Shown one piece after another: positions 25,489 through 38,349 of a DNA stretch of 64,000 nucleotides (its first letter is position 1; each line of letters opens with the position of its first letter). Under the pieces are notes generated by a model. The model worked only from the letters and a program-made list of their open reading frames with translations. It searched no databases and was not told the DNA's origin. The stretch is from Schmidtea nova (taxonomy: Eukaryota): assembly GCA_044892505.1 (NCBI GenBank), contig CM097883.1, positions 169,818,001 to 169,882,000 of the forward strand, read 5' to 3'. Made by a program: the position numbers and the translations under genes.

Positions 25489-26325
25489 AAAATATTAATT
25501 ATTTTTTAGTTTTGAATTTACTAACTTCAAATACGACAATAGAGTAGCGAAGGAGGAAGTCCATTTTTTATTTTGCTTTAATTAAATTTATATAAAAATG
25601 AATTTAAAATTCAAATATAAGAACTAAATTTTGAGAAAAAAAATCAAAAACTTCATTTGTATCAATAGATAAAAAAAATCAAGTTAAATTACATTTATAA
25701 GAACCAAATTTTAAAAGAAAATCAATAAAAAAATTAAAAAAATTGAAAAATCACATTTTACAACAAAACTTTGGTCGATCATGAAGGGTGAGGTGTATTG
25801 ACCCACGAACTTCCTCCTTATGTCTATGTCACTGCAAAAATTGGTTAAAAAATGGTTAACAAAAACTTTTCACTGAAAAATTGCAAATTTTAAAAGCTAT
25901 GTAATAAATTTATCCTTTGCAAATTAAAACAAATTAATATTAAATGCTTGACAAAATTACAATCAAAAATTAGGCGTTAAAAAATAGAGAATTATGTTTT
26001 AACGAAGTATCTTAATTGAAAAATATTAAACTCAATTTCGTTTAAAATTGCGGATTTTTAAGTTGATAAAAAATAATTTTATTAGACGAATTGTATATAT
26101 CGTTAGCACACGCATAGGAAAATTATAATTATAATTAAAAATTAAATTAATAATTAAATTATTAATACGGAAAGCGTTTCAAAAATTAAGTAAATAAAAA
26201 AATAAAATTTATATTATTAAAGCATGGGCAATTCTTTTTATCAGTTGAAATAATTTTGATATTATTAAAGTTTCACATTAATTTGAATTAAATAATTTTA
26301 AAAAAGGTTAAATTTTATTTGTAAA

Positions 26326-27235
26326 ATGTTTAATCCTCATTATTGTCACAGCAAACTTTTTTTTGATGAAAAACGAAGGACAGTCATTGAATCCTTTGAG
26401 TGTAAGAACAGTGCCAGCACTATTGCCAGGATAATGGGATATAACATAAAGTGTCAGAATTATTATAGGACGTTTTTCATTAGCTCGCCAAATTACCAGT
26501 CTAGTAACTCACGCCCAAAAAAACCAACTGAGGAAAATCAGCATTTGGTAACCTTAGAGATTATAGAGAATCCGTTGTTAACCTTTACGAGAGTTAAAAA
26601 ATAAGATAAGTGAAAATTTTAATAAAGATATTTCAATTTACACATTTAATAGGATGTTAAAGAATTTTTCCTTTACTTTAATAAATTTGATTTTAATTTC
26701 GGCTCATAAGAATATTCCCGATGTTATGAAACGAAGGTTCTATTGTGCTCAGCAGTTTGGTAACAAATATTGAAAAAAAAACTTTTTTTTCGATGAGCTA
26801 TATTTCTATGAAGTAGTCTCTCTGAGAAAAAGACAAGGGGAAATTCATCTATTCGAGTTATTATTTCTAAAAATATTGTTTTTCATAATAAAGCTTGCAG
26901 TAATGAGACTTAATTGATTTATAAATAAAGTTTTTTAGTATTTCAATGGACAAAATTTACGTAAAAGCGTATTTATATATGGCAATGCCCGATTTTACAA
27001 AACCGAAGAAATCCTCAATCTATTTAAGGTAAAGGGTGTTTAGACCCCCTAATTCGCTGCTTTTAAATCCAATAGAAAATGCTTTTTCTAAATTGAAAAA
27101 TTATGCTCTTATGCTCAGAATGAAACCGAATTAATGGCCTCAATTAGTCAGGGATTTGCTTCTGTTACTAGAGATTACTGTAGTGGAGTTTGTCGAAAAA
27201 ATGTTAAACTATTTTGTTAAGGCATGCCTTCGTTG
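26326..27235 (+). pseudogene. Tc1-like (DD34E) transposase relic
   Basis: HTH-like start (ASTIARIMG) and degenerate FFDE, xNARF and NPIENAFSKLK motifs across frameshifts. Confidence 0.65.
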
Positions 27236-27386
27236 AGAAAAAAATAAATTATTTTAATTAATATTTTTTGCATTTAACTTTTGCAAATCTAATTCAATTT
27301 TATGAAATTTGTTTTGGTCAAAACAATTTAAGTATATTTATAATAAAGTAAAATTATTAACTATATTTACTAACGTCATATTAGAG

Positions 27387-27925
27387 CAGCGGTTCTAAAA
27401 CTGTGGTCCACGAAACCCAGAGGGTTCGTGAACTTAATATTGAAATTTGTGTATCTCAAAAGCAACACCGCCATTCACATGATAAAAGTTAAATATAGAT
27501 AATTTTATATGTGATGTTCAAATATTTTATTTTATTTTATTATTTATTTATTGTGAATTATATCTTAACCCTTTCCTATCCTGTGTCTATAAAAATATGA
27601 CAAAAAAAATTAACCATTCTATCCTCTGTCTGTAAAAAAATGACATTATTTTTGAATAGTTTATTTCCAATGCACTGTCGATTATATTATGACCAACTGT
27701 TTATAGAGCGATTATGACATTGCACTATACTTTCGTATCTAGCGATTATTAGGATTGGAACGGGTGGGACACATAAAATAAAGAAGATAGGAAAGGGTTA
27801 ATGAATTATAAAAATACAAAACAAATAATTTATCGAATAGTTTATCGACGAATGAACTTTAGGGGTCTGCCAAGAAAACTTTTATCTCAAAGGGATACCC
27901 TGATCAAAAAGTTTAAAAACCGCTG
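27387..27925. mobile_element. hAT-type MITE hosting a nested piggyBac MITE
   Basis: TIR CAGCGGTTCTAAAACT / AGTTTAAAAACCGCTG; perfect TSD TATTAGAG. Confidence 0.9.
27569..27797. mobile_element. piggyBac-type MITE (nested)
   Basis: TTAA|CCCTTTCCTATC ... GATAGGAAAGGG|TTAA. Confidence 0.9.
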
Positions 27926-30061
27926 TATTAGAGTATTATTTTAAAATGCATATTAAATTATTTATATGGTGTCGGGTGCGCTTGCAAACAGTTTCTGCGT
28001 TAAACTATTAGTGTGTAGAGGCGAAAATGAGATTCACACGCCATGTTTGCAAGTTTGCAGATTATCTGTAAGGCCTAGCATATTCATGTAAAGTATTCAA
28101 TAAAGTTGTTTAAACTTTCTTTTATACTTACCTGTCGTAAAGATCAATTTTCGCACCTCGTACATAGCACTGATAAGAGCCAAAGCTGGAAACTAGTTTG
28201 CTATTGGGGTTTTGCACTTAGCATCACAAACCTTTACCTTTTATTATTTGTTTTAAATTTCTGAATTTTAGGAGAAGGAAAAATTAAAAATTCCAGACTT
28301 TATAGAAATGGAAATTTTTGACTTTCAATAAAATCCTATTTCCAATTCAAAGATGATTTCCAATGCAAATTTGATAGTCAACGTCGATTTTATTTTTAAT
28401 GCTGGTGGTGGTCTAACTTTCACAATCTATGGCATTTCTAATATTGACGATGAATCATTCACGATTGAAAGCTATGCCAGTCATCCAAGCTTTATAATAA
28501 ATAGATTGCACCATCATTCATTTGTTATATCACATATTGCTTCAAATTACTTCAACTTTTTATTGTGTGGTACCGATATTTTGGACGTTATAGTCACAAA
28601 TGCCATTAACAAATGTCTTGGTTAAACTGTTATGTAGCTCATAGTAGTTGTTCATGAATAATTTCAAAATCGTTTTTCTATAATATATTACTCACACCTA
28701 TTAAAGATTAAAAAAAATTTTTGCATCTCCAAAAACATGAAAAAGACATCATAATAACATATGACGATATTAATTAAAAAGGTATATTAAAATGGCGAAT
28801 TTTATTGTAATTAATAGCTTATTTGCCGTTGTTTTCTAGCTTCTAGTAACTTTGAACTTATACTTAGAGTCCGGGCCTATTTTCGGCCGGAACGCCGTTC
28901 CGGTTCTTTTTTAAATTTTTAAAAAAATATTTTATGAAATTTTTCCTTATATGAGGTTTTGTTTTCCAATTCCTATCAACGAAAAAAATAAAATATAATT
29001 CATTTGTATAATCAAATATTTAAACTGAAATTAACTGTCTTTAAAATTGCAATTTTGTTTAAAAAACAATAAATTAACAGTGTTAATTAAACACTATTTT
29101 TCCGTGCGTTCCGATTCTTTTTTTTAGAAATTAAGCGCTGCTTAGAGTATTAAAATTAAATTAAAAGATGAAAGTCAATTTCATTTTCTCACATCCCTTA
29201 TTATGTCGACTCTCAACCGTAAAGGGTACGTACACTACCGGTTAAGGAACGCTTCCATAGAGTTATAGGGTCATATGTAGAGAAATGTTATTATCAGGTA
29301 AAGTCTTCTAAAGACATATGTAATGTGGATAAGAATAATCTCCGTCGAATAATTGATGAATTCACCTTAATAATTAAAAAAGGAATTTATTTAAAAAATA
29401 TTTTTGATACAATTAAAATTAGATCAAGGAAAAAACAGATGAAATTAATGTGAACCATCGGAACATATGTTAAAATAAAATTTACTATTTGTTGCATGAT
29501 TTTTTCATAGTAAATATTTTCATTTCTTTTTTTGAAAATTATATAAATCGAGAAAAAATAAAATTCATCAAAAATAAAAAAGTTTTTAATGAAAATTAAA
29601 TTAAAATTAATTAGTGTCACTGCCTATTATGAAGGTTTAATGGATCTTTTATATTTTATTACTGATTAAAATATATTTCCATGGGTCCTAAAATATATTA
29701 TATTGCATTCTTCGCCTCCCGAAGTAACAATAAAGACAAACGTGATTACAAAATCTTTTTTCGAATGTCAGAAAAAATACTGTAAATATAGCTACTTATT
29801 TTAATACTTGGAATGACTAAAATTTATTTTGAGACTCACTTCAAAAATGTGTTTAAATTATAAAAAAAACAAAATATATAGCTAAAAAGTACACACTAAT
29901 TTGATACAAAAAAGTCTCTATTTTAATGATTAGAGTTTGCAAAACTTATCTTTTTTTCATATGAAATTTTATGAGATAATTTTTAATTTTATCTTAAGAC
30001 GTTCCCAGACCAAAAACCTTACTTTTATGATAATACGTTTAAGTTACGTAATTAGTTGTCT

Positions 30062-30730
30062 CTTTCTTGATGCAAGACAGCTTCAAAAAGCATGAAAACA
30101 CCACGAGCCAACTCGTTTTTGGCGCTAGAACAGCAAACACCCACGACGGCTTACCTCATAGCTGGCACCTTAAAAACAAACCTTTAAATATAAGTTAACT
30201 CGCAGTCGGCAGTGAACGTGTTAAAACATAAATTAAGTGTTCGAATTTGGCAGGCATTAATTGTAATAATTTATTTATAAATATTTTTAATTTTAACTTT
30301 CCAACAAAATAAATATATATCTTATTCTTTGTCGTTTGGTCACTTATACGTTTATTGTATTAAAATTCATCTAAAAAATAAATATAAATAAATTATCTCA
30401 ATTACCAGAAAACAATAATAAATGAAATGAAAACACTAGCTTATAAAAAGTCCATACTATCAAATGAGAAACCCTACGATGTTGTTCAAGATGGGCAGTC
30501 CTTGTTTTATCTATGTAGTAAATCATCACAATTTATATCTGCTAAATTTCAACATTTTATTTATGTTTTAACATGTTTACAGCCGAATACGAGTTAACTC
30601 ATATTTTAAGGTTTGCTTTAAGGTGCCAGCTATGAGCTAACTCGTAGAGAATGTTTGCTGTTCTAGCGCCAAATACGAGTTGACTAGTGGTATTTTCATG
30701 CATTTTGAAGCTATCTGGCCAAAAGAAATT
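30062..30730. repeat. Inverted repeat, arms of ~170 bp around a ~330-bp spacer
   Basis: 30062-30232 is the imperfect reverse complement of 30560-30730 (e.g. TGGCGCTAGAACAGCAAAC / GTTTGCTGTTCTAGCGCCA). Confidence 0.8.
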
Positions 30731-31463
30731 TATCAAACCATATTTTTAGAATTGAAGTCACAAGTTCAGTTGCAGACAGAAACAGCCGATATGTGCAAGA
30801 CGAGCAATGTCTGTTGTAAATAATTTCGGAGAAATTAAAATATTTATAATAGTTGGTCGCAATATTTTTCAATAAGAAATATTAAAATAATAGCTAGAAT
30901 TCGTTTTAGAATGGCGGAGAAAATTTTGTATGATAAATTTCATTATTGGCATGTTTGGTGGCAGTGGATACCATGCAAAGCTACCTATAATTGATGAAAC
31001 TTGTAGAGAACTACGACAATGCCCACTAAACATCAAATGTGCAATTTTCCAGATTAATCACGTATAGATCCTGTTCCAGATGAAATAGGGGTTTGTTTTT
31101 TTCAGCAAATAAGTCTATCGTCATTAATAAAGTATGAGTTGCTATCAAAGAGAAACGTAAGGTGTTGCTATGCCAACCATGACTGCCCATAAGACTTTAT
31201 CTTTATTCCGAATAAGAAAATGCAGTTTAAAGCAATTAGTCCAGGAGAAACAACTAACTGAATATTTTTATGTTTTCTGCGTCAAACTAAAATAAAATGA
31301 CGAAAGATTCACTCAAAAATTCAAAGAAATCAAAGAGTTCCTTCTAGATGTTATGATAACTTCCGTATTCTTTTGATTTTGATTTGAGTTTTGAAACACT
31401 TTCTTACAATAAAGATGATATTATTGACGTTTCAGTTAAGTCCAAAAAGTCATATCTTGTTAA

Positions 31464-31681
31464 CCCTCTAATACCTAAATCCGCCTCAAGGTGGGCCTTC
31501 CCAAAACTATTATAGCATGAACATCTAAACCGTTATCTATAAATTTTCTTGCCACATTGTAATCGAATAGTAGGCTATGCATTAGTTTTTTTTAATTTGT
31601 ATAACGGTCCGTTATAGTAGTGCATCAGTTCGAAATGTGTTTTTTAGGAGAAAATAGAAAATATATTGTGGCATTAGAGGG
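31464..31681. mobile_element. piggyBac-type MITE
   Basis: TTAA|CCCTCTAATAC ... GCATTAGAGGG|TTAA. Confidence 0.85.
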
Positions 31682-33730
31682 TTAAAGACTTGGAACCTCA
31701 GATTGGGTACATTCTTGTTTAATGTTAACACGTTTTTTGAATTCATTAATTACTATATTTTAGTGTATTTGTGCACAAATCGTTTGGTTTATCATGTATA
31801 TTAAAACATTTTCAAAATGATTAATTAATAAGAAATTTATTTCATTTTTCCACTATATCGGCCACCGTGACTTCCGATAAAAGAACAACGAGTAACTTAA
31901 AACGTATAAAATATTATAAAGAAAATGATTTCGTCCCCCTCCAAACGCTAGAAAGTAGTTCGGCAAAAAAAACGAATATTGCTGGATATATGACAACCTT
32001 AAAAAATCATAGAAATTACAATTTTTAATTATTTAATTAAAATATTTAATTATTTATTAGTTTTTTAATTTCATAATTTAGGAATGATAATTATTTAAAT
32101 GACAAGTTTTTTTAATAAATGATAAAATATTTTTATTCAAGAATCTATTTAAGATCTATTTCTAGATAGGATAAACGAATGCTATGTATTTAATTAAATT
32201 CTAAATAATAGATATGTCTCCACAGTAAATTAATTAAAATCCTTTTAAAATATACAATTGGCAAGTAAAGAAAATTGTAAAAATTAGCATTTAGTAAAAA
32301 TGTACTTGACAAAAAAAATCATACCCTTTAAGAATAAAATATTGATGTCAAATTGTGTTTCAATTCTTACATGTATTTGCATTTCCTTTATTTTTCGATA
32401 AGTGTCATAAGGGGTGAATCAATTTATTTAAAAGTCCATAAATAATAAAAAGTGGCAGTTACCGAATAAGCATGATTCATTTTAATGGTCTTTTTTTCAT
32501 AAAAATAGCTATTGAGTGTGACACTTATTTGAGGACTAACTATACTTTGAAAAACTTACCCAATAGGTGGGATGGTCTCGAAAGTTATAGCTACGTCACT
32601 AGGTTGCATAATAAATAGCTTTAGATAAAACAATAGATTTTCTACTTAAAAATCAGTAATATTGAAACTGATTCCGTAAATATGAACTTTTTCAAAATGT
32701 GTAAAGGGTGTACACCACAGATGAATCCGTAAGGCCGAATTACCTCGTCTATGATAATACCCGTCACTTATTAATAATAATGCATTTTTCTAATAAGAAT
32801 GTAATAACTATAAATGTTAAGATGTGCAAAAATAATTTTTTTACTTTTATTACGATTTCTTTTTCGTAAATTTCTTTTAATAATTAATTTTAGATACGGA
32901 AAAATTATACCCACTTATTTTTGGCCTCAAATTTATTTTCTCACACAGCCCCGATAACCTTAGCCTCTGCCTTTGGTATACTGTTGAGTTTTTAAAAAAT
33001 TCTTAAAAAATAAATTTGTAGTTAGATAATAAAGTAGATGTTAATTTAGACAAAACTCTTGATAATTTTCTAATTGAATAAACTTATCAGCCACTTTGGT
33101 ATATTTACAATCTTATATCACCCTCAAGGATTCATTCTTTTGTGAAAATTAAAATCTTTTCACTTTACCGCCCGATTGAAGTCTTGTCTAACATCAGTTG
33201 TTTACGTCGTTTACACATGAGACTTCCTTAATATTAATATTATTTCTAGTTTTTCTTAAAAAAAAATTTTAATTCCTGAATTTGAAAAATTTCCAAAATA
33301 AATTACTTAAATTATTTTGTTTATAGTCCATTTAAAGTGAAATCGAAACAGAAAATTATTGAACGGATATTTATGGTAAGATCACTGAAGTTTACTAATT
33401 GGATGCAGTCTGATTTCCCGTATCTGTAGCGATTCTACAGTTGATTTCTTTTCGTAATAATTCTTTATTTATCATACGCTACCGACCACGAGTATCGAGG
33501 AATACACAAAAATGCAATTCCCCCTTAACCAATGTAACAATCGAGTTGTTACTGCCAGTAAAATATCTGTCGCCATTTATCTATTTTTATTTTCAATTTT
33601 TTTTATCTTAATTTCTTTTAGACTTTAGATCAGTATTTTGTTTCTGAAACGAGATAAAGATCAAGGAAATTCAAATTTACAATTTTTTTAATTTTTTTCC
33701 ATTTCAAAAAATTTTTATTTTTTAACTTAA

Positions 33731-33963
33731 CCCTTTGACCACTGTCGGGACATATATGTCCCAGTCAAATTTAGAAAAAATATAGATGCCTTATTCTCTG
33801 TGCTATTACAACCAACGCGTGTCCCACTCGTGTTTATAGTATTTTCGACTAGTTTCGTCTATACTCGTTAATATACGTTCTGCCGGCTAGCAAACGTAAC
33901 ATTTTATTTCATTCGTTGTCACAGTTTACAGCATGTCATTTTTTAAAATTCGTCTTCAAAGGG
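33731..33963. mobile_element. piggyBac-type MITE
   Basis: TTAA|CCCTTTGA ... TCAAAGGG|TTAA. Confidence 0.8.
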
Positions 33964-34530
33964 TTAAATAAAAAAACGGATAAAATTTTTTTCAAAACTC
34001 AAGGATTTTTGGTACAGCCTTTTACAAGTGTATATAGACACTCAAAAAAAAGATGTGCCAACAATCCATGTGCTTTAAAAAACAAGTTTGATCTTCAATC
34101 TATATAAAAAATGAAATTCAAGTTGTTTTTGACATTTTTAATGGTTTTTATTAATGTTAAAATATACAAAATAGTTGAATTTTTGAAGTGTCATACTCAA
34201 AACACAATTTTGCTGGTCAAGTAAAGCCATCAAAAAATGAAATAAAAATTTATTCATTAAAATTTGATGACTGTCACTTCTTAAATTGTTCAGTTAAATT
34301 CAAGTTTTAATTCACCTCTGACACTGTTTTTGTTGATATTATATATTATACACTTTATATACTATACCAGTGTTTCCTAAGCTTTTTTTGTCTACGGAAA
34401 CCTAAAATTCAATTTTTTACGGCTGGAACCCCAACAATTAAAAATGTCAAAAAATAAAAGAATGTTATTAAATTTATTTAAAAACTTTTAGTAAGATTTT
34501 CACAGTAAAAATATCAACTTTTTTTAACTA

Positions 34531-35878
34531 CGTGGTGCGCCCAATAAGTCGTGAGACTAATATAGAAATAATAATAGTAAAAAAATTGTTACAGACATAT
34601 ATAAACTTCAACATATATAGGTAAAGAAAATGTATTTTGTTTCAATAATCCATTATTCTTTAAGTATATTTTTGCGAACATTCGAAAAATGCCTCTGGAA
34701 ACTATTCAATATCGTAGCGTTATTCGCTTTCTCTTTCTGAAAGGAAAAATAGAGAAGAGGTTCTTTCTGAACTGAAAGCTGTTTACCAACAAGAGTGCCC
34801 ATCCACAGCAACAATTTATCGTTGGTTCAATTACTTTCAGAGTGGTAGAACCTCCGTGGTGGACGAAGAAAAATCTGGAAGACCCTCAGAAATTGATGAA
34901 AAAATAACGCAAAAGCTGCAGACAATCGTGCAAAACGAGAGAAAAATAACGACGACAGAGCTCACAAGTTGTGAGGAGAGTATGCACAGTGCCTTTGCTC
35001 ACATTTAGACGGGTTGTGAGTCACAACCCGTCTAAATGTGAGCAAAGGCACTGTGCATACTCTCCTCACTGAAAGTGGCATTCGATAACTATGTTCCCGT
35101 TTTGTGCCACGCTTCTTAACGGTGGAAATGCGACAACGACGCTTGGAATGCTGCTTGGAGAATCTGCAGATGAGGACCAATGTTGGAGACCATTTCATTG
35201 ATAATATCATCACTGTGGACGAGACACCGTTGTCCCTTTATGTCCCCGAATCTAAAAGAGAGTCTCAAGAATGGAAACTGTCAGGAGAAAGCAGCTCACT
35301 GAAAATGCGGTCCTCAACTTGCCACAGAAAAGCTCTCATGCTGAAGGTGTTTTTTGGACGACAATGACATTATTCTGACTGACTTTGCTGAATCCGTGAA
35401 GATCAATAGTTCTTTCTACTCCAACATCGTGCAGCAAGCAAGGAAGGCACGACGCAATAGCAGAGTGTGTGATCTATATTTTTTACACGATAATGCTCCC
35501 ATCCACACCAGCAGCGTTTCCATGGTCAAAATTGAGCGTTGCGGGCTCAATTTGCTTCCCCATCCACCATACAGCCCCGATTTAGCTCCCTCCAATTTTT
35601 TCCTGTTTAACCATCTTAAGAAGCATCTGCGGGGCTAGGTGTTTGCTAACAAACAGGATTTGAGAGCAGCCGTGGAGAGTTTTCTGGGAGAAAAGCTTCC
35701 AGAAGTCTTCAATAACGCCTTTGAAAACCTCGTTATTCGCTGGGAAAATTGTGTCAGTGCAGAAGGAAATTATTTTGAGAAATGATGCCTATTTACCATG
35801 CTTGTTCTAAATACAAAGTTTTGTGTTGATATCTTAAGTCTTTCTATTTTAGTCTCACGACTTATTGGGCGCACCACG
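34531..35878 (+). mobile_element. Full-length mariner (DD34D) element, inactivated
   Basis: Perfect 30-bp TIRs CGTGGTGCGCCCAATAAGTCGTGAGACTAA, TA TSD, 1348 bp. Confidence 0.96.
34689..35785 (+). pseudogene. mariner transposase pseudogene
   Basis: ITVDETPL, FLHDNAPIH and HPPYSPDLAPSNF (third catalytic D reads N); frameshifts, a stop and an internal inverted duplication. Confidence 0.92.
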
Positions 35879-37803
35879 TACTTAAACTTTCTCATTTAAT
35901 ATTAGCTTTATTGACCCTTTGATTAGTAAGTTTTATTTTACAATTCAATCTCTACAAAGTGAGTTTTTTTAAAATTGTTTTCAATGAAATCTTATCAATT
36001 TCATGTAAAAGTTGTTAAATATGTCTATCATTTTCAAAATATCAACAAAAAACTCAGAACTAACTAAAAAAAATAAAGTTTATTTTAATAACATTTCAAA
36101 GTATGATAATCGGAAAAACAAGGATGAACGCAAAAACCAACGCCACACACTTGGCACATATATCTTGTGCTGGATCTTTTCTTCGCTCTTCTAGTGGTGT
36201 GTTTACAAACATTGCAATGTGGAATAGGAAAATAATTTTTATTTAAGTAAATTTAGAAAGATTTACCAAACTTTTTTTGTGTGTAAAATTGATAAAAAAT
36301 TTAAACCAAAACCAAAAATATCTACCAAAAATATCTACTGTTGGAGCTCATAATTATACGGAACACTTGAGATTACTTAGGAATATCACAGGGTTCCTCG
36401 GAACCCAATTTGGGAATTACTGTACTATATCCTGAACTATACATATTTATATACTTTTGTTAAAATAAAATATTATGTACACTATTTGTACTCTCTCTTT
36501 TCAAAATCAAATTTCTTTAGTACTAATGGGTTATTTTATCTCTTGGTTAGGATGCCAGTGCGACATATGACCCAAACCGGTAACTCTCATGTCCCTAAAA
36601 TTACCCCCCCCCTTTCATTTAAAATAAAATTATAAATTACATAACTCAAATAAGGCTAAATAATAGGTACACATGAAAAACCCTCATTTTTTAAAAACAT
36701 AAAATTGGGTGATAACAAAGTGATAATTTAATTAACTGATCACTATTAGAATGCATCACGGAGTCACGATCAGAGTGCCTAATAGATTTAATACTAATGG
36801 GAAAAAATTCGAATCTCGGAAATTACGAAAAAAATGAAATTTTAAATATAGAAGGTCTTTTCCAGAAGAATAAAAAAATTACGGATCATGAATTCCAACA
36901 TTAAAAGAAAATCGCAATTAAAGATGAAGATGATCAGAATACGAGAAAAGAAAAAGTCTTTAGAAAGATGAAGAAGATCGAAACCCCGAAAGAAATTAAG
37001 CCATCAGTTCATTAAGAGCATCATTCAAAACTAGCTTTGGAATACAAACAAAAATATGAATTTCTAGTTAAAAAGCAAGTAGATTATAACCAAAAATAGC
37101 AGAACTAATGAACAAACAAAATGCAATGTTTTGAATGCAATAACGTAGGTCACATCAAAAGGAATTACCAATTTAGAAATAGAGATATTCCATGATACAC
37201 TGTAACAAATCTGGTCATATTCATAGATTTTGTCAATGAAGTTGAAATAGTAAAGAAAAAACAAATTATCTATATGGAAAATATACAACCCGATTCCGAG
37301 CTGCAGAAGTAAAGTAATTAATGCGGACGAAGAATTTGCAGTTCAGGTATCATCAACATCTACAATAGAGGTTAATTCAATGAAAAAGACAGTGCTAAAA
37401 TATATATTTTAAAACCTTCATTAGTCAAAGGTTCATCAGTAAAATGTTCATCGAATATTTCAGATAGTAACATGGGAAAGGCCATTAATAGACCGACTAT
37501 CAATGGTAAAGTAGAAATAATTAGTACAAGCATTATGTATAACCTGGGAGCGGATATAAACGTGGTGAGCAAATCATTTTACAGAAAATTATGGAAACTC
37601 AACTGAAATCACCAGTTTTACGTAGTAACGTGCGAATAAGTTGCGTCAATGGAACTGAAATGCAAAGTCATGGTAAGATTTTGTTTTAAGTACAAATAGG
37701 CGTGGAAACTGTCAACCAAATTTCTGAAATAATTAATGATATTTTTTCAAACATTGACGTCGGATTAATTTTATGAAGAGTTGATATTGTTAATCCTGTA
37801 AAC

Positions 37804-38349
37804 CAAAGGTCCCCAAAGTTTCTAAGAAGAGGGCCACATAAAACCTTTTCCTGAGTTTAGCGACCCGCATCAAAGTTTTCATTATTTTATATGTTACTAT
37901 AATACTATATTATAAAGAAACAAAACAATTAAAATATTTACACAAAAAAATACAAAAAAAAGTTAAAACATTATTATTTAAAAAAATGAAATTAATGCCT
38001 GGTTGGTTGATCTTTCAATGACATTCTTTATATTTGCTTTGAAACTAGATACGTTTATTTTTTAAAAATCTTCAAATGGTCATCAGGCAGTGTTGATCGT
38101 AATTTTGATTTTTATATATTTATGTATATAGTAATGTTTTAATGTTTGTTAATATAATATAGTTAAGTTTGTAATGTTTTTAAAAATGTTTTTTAAAAAA
38201 TTGTAAAAAGTAATTTCTTAGTCTGTCTTAAAATTTTGTAAAAATATTAAAATTTTTTTTAATTTCAGTTATAATATTTTTAATTTTAATTTTATCTATT
38301 TAAGTGGGCCTTCAAAAACTTCCCGTGGGCCTTAGTTTGGGGACCCCTG
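37804..38349. mobile_element. hAT-type MITE
   Basis: Termini CAAAGGTCCCCAAA / TTTGGGGACCCCTG; perfect TSD CTGTAAAC. Confidence 0.88.

Larger units (their letters stand above)
34368..36422. mobile_element. hAT-type MITE split by the mariner insertion
   Basis: Termini CAGTGTTTCCTAA / TTGGGAATTACTG; TSD TACTATAC / TACTATAT. Confidence 0.7.
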
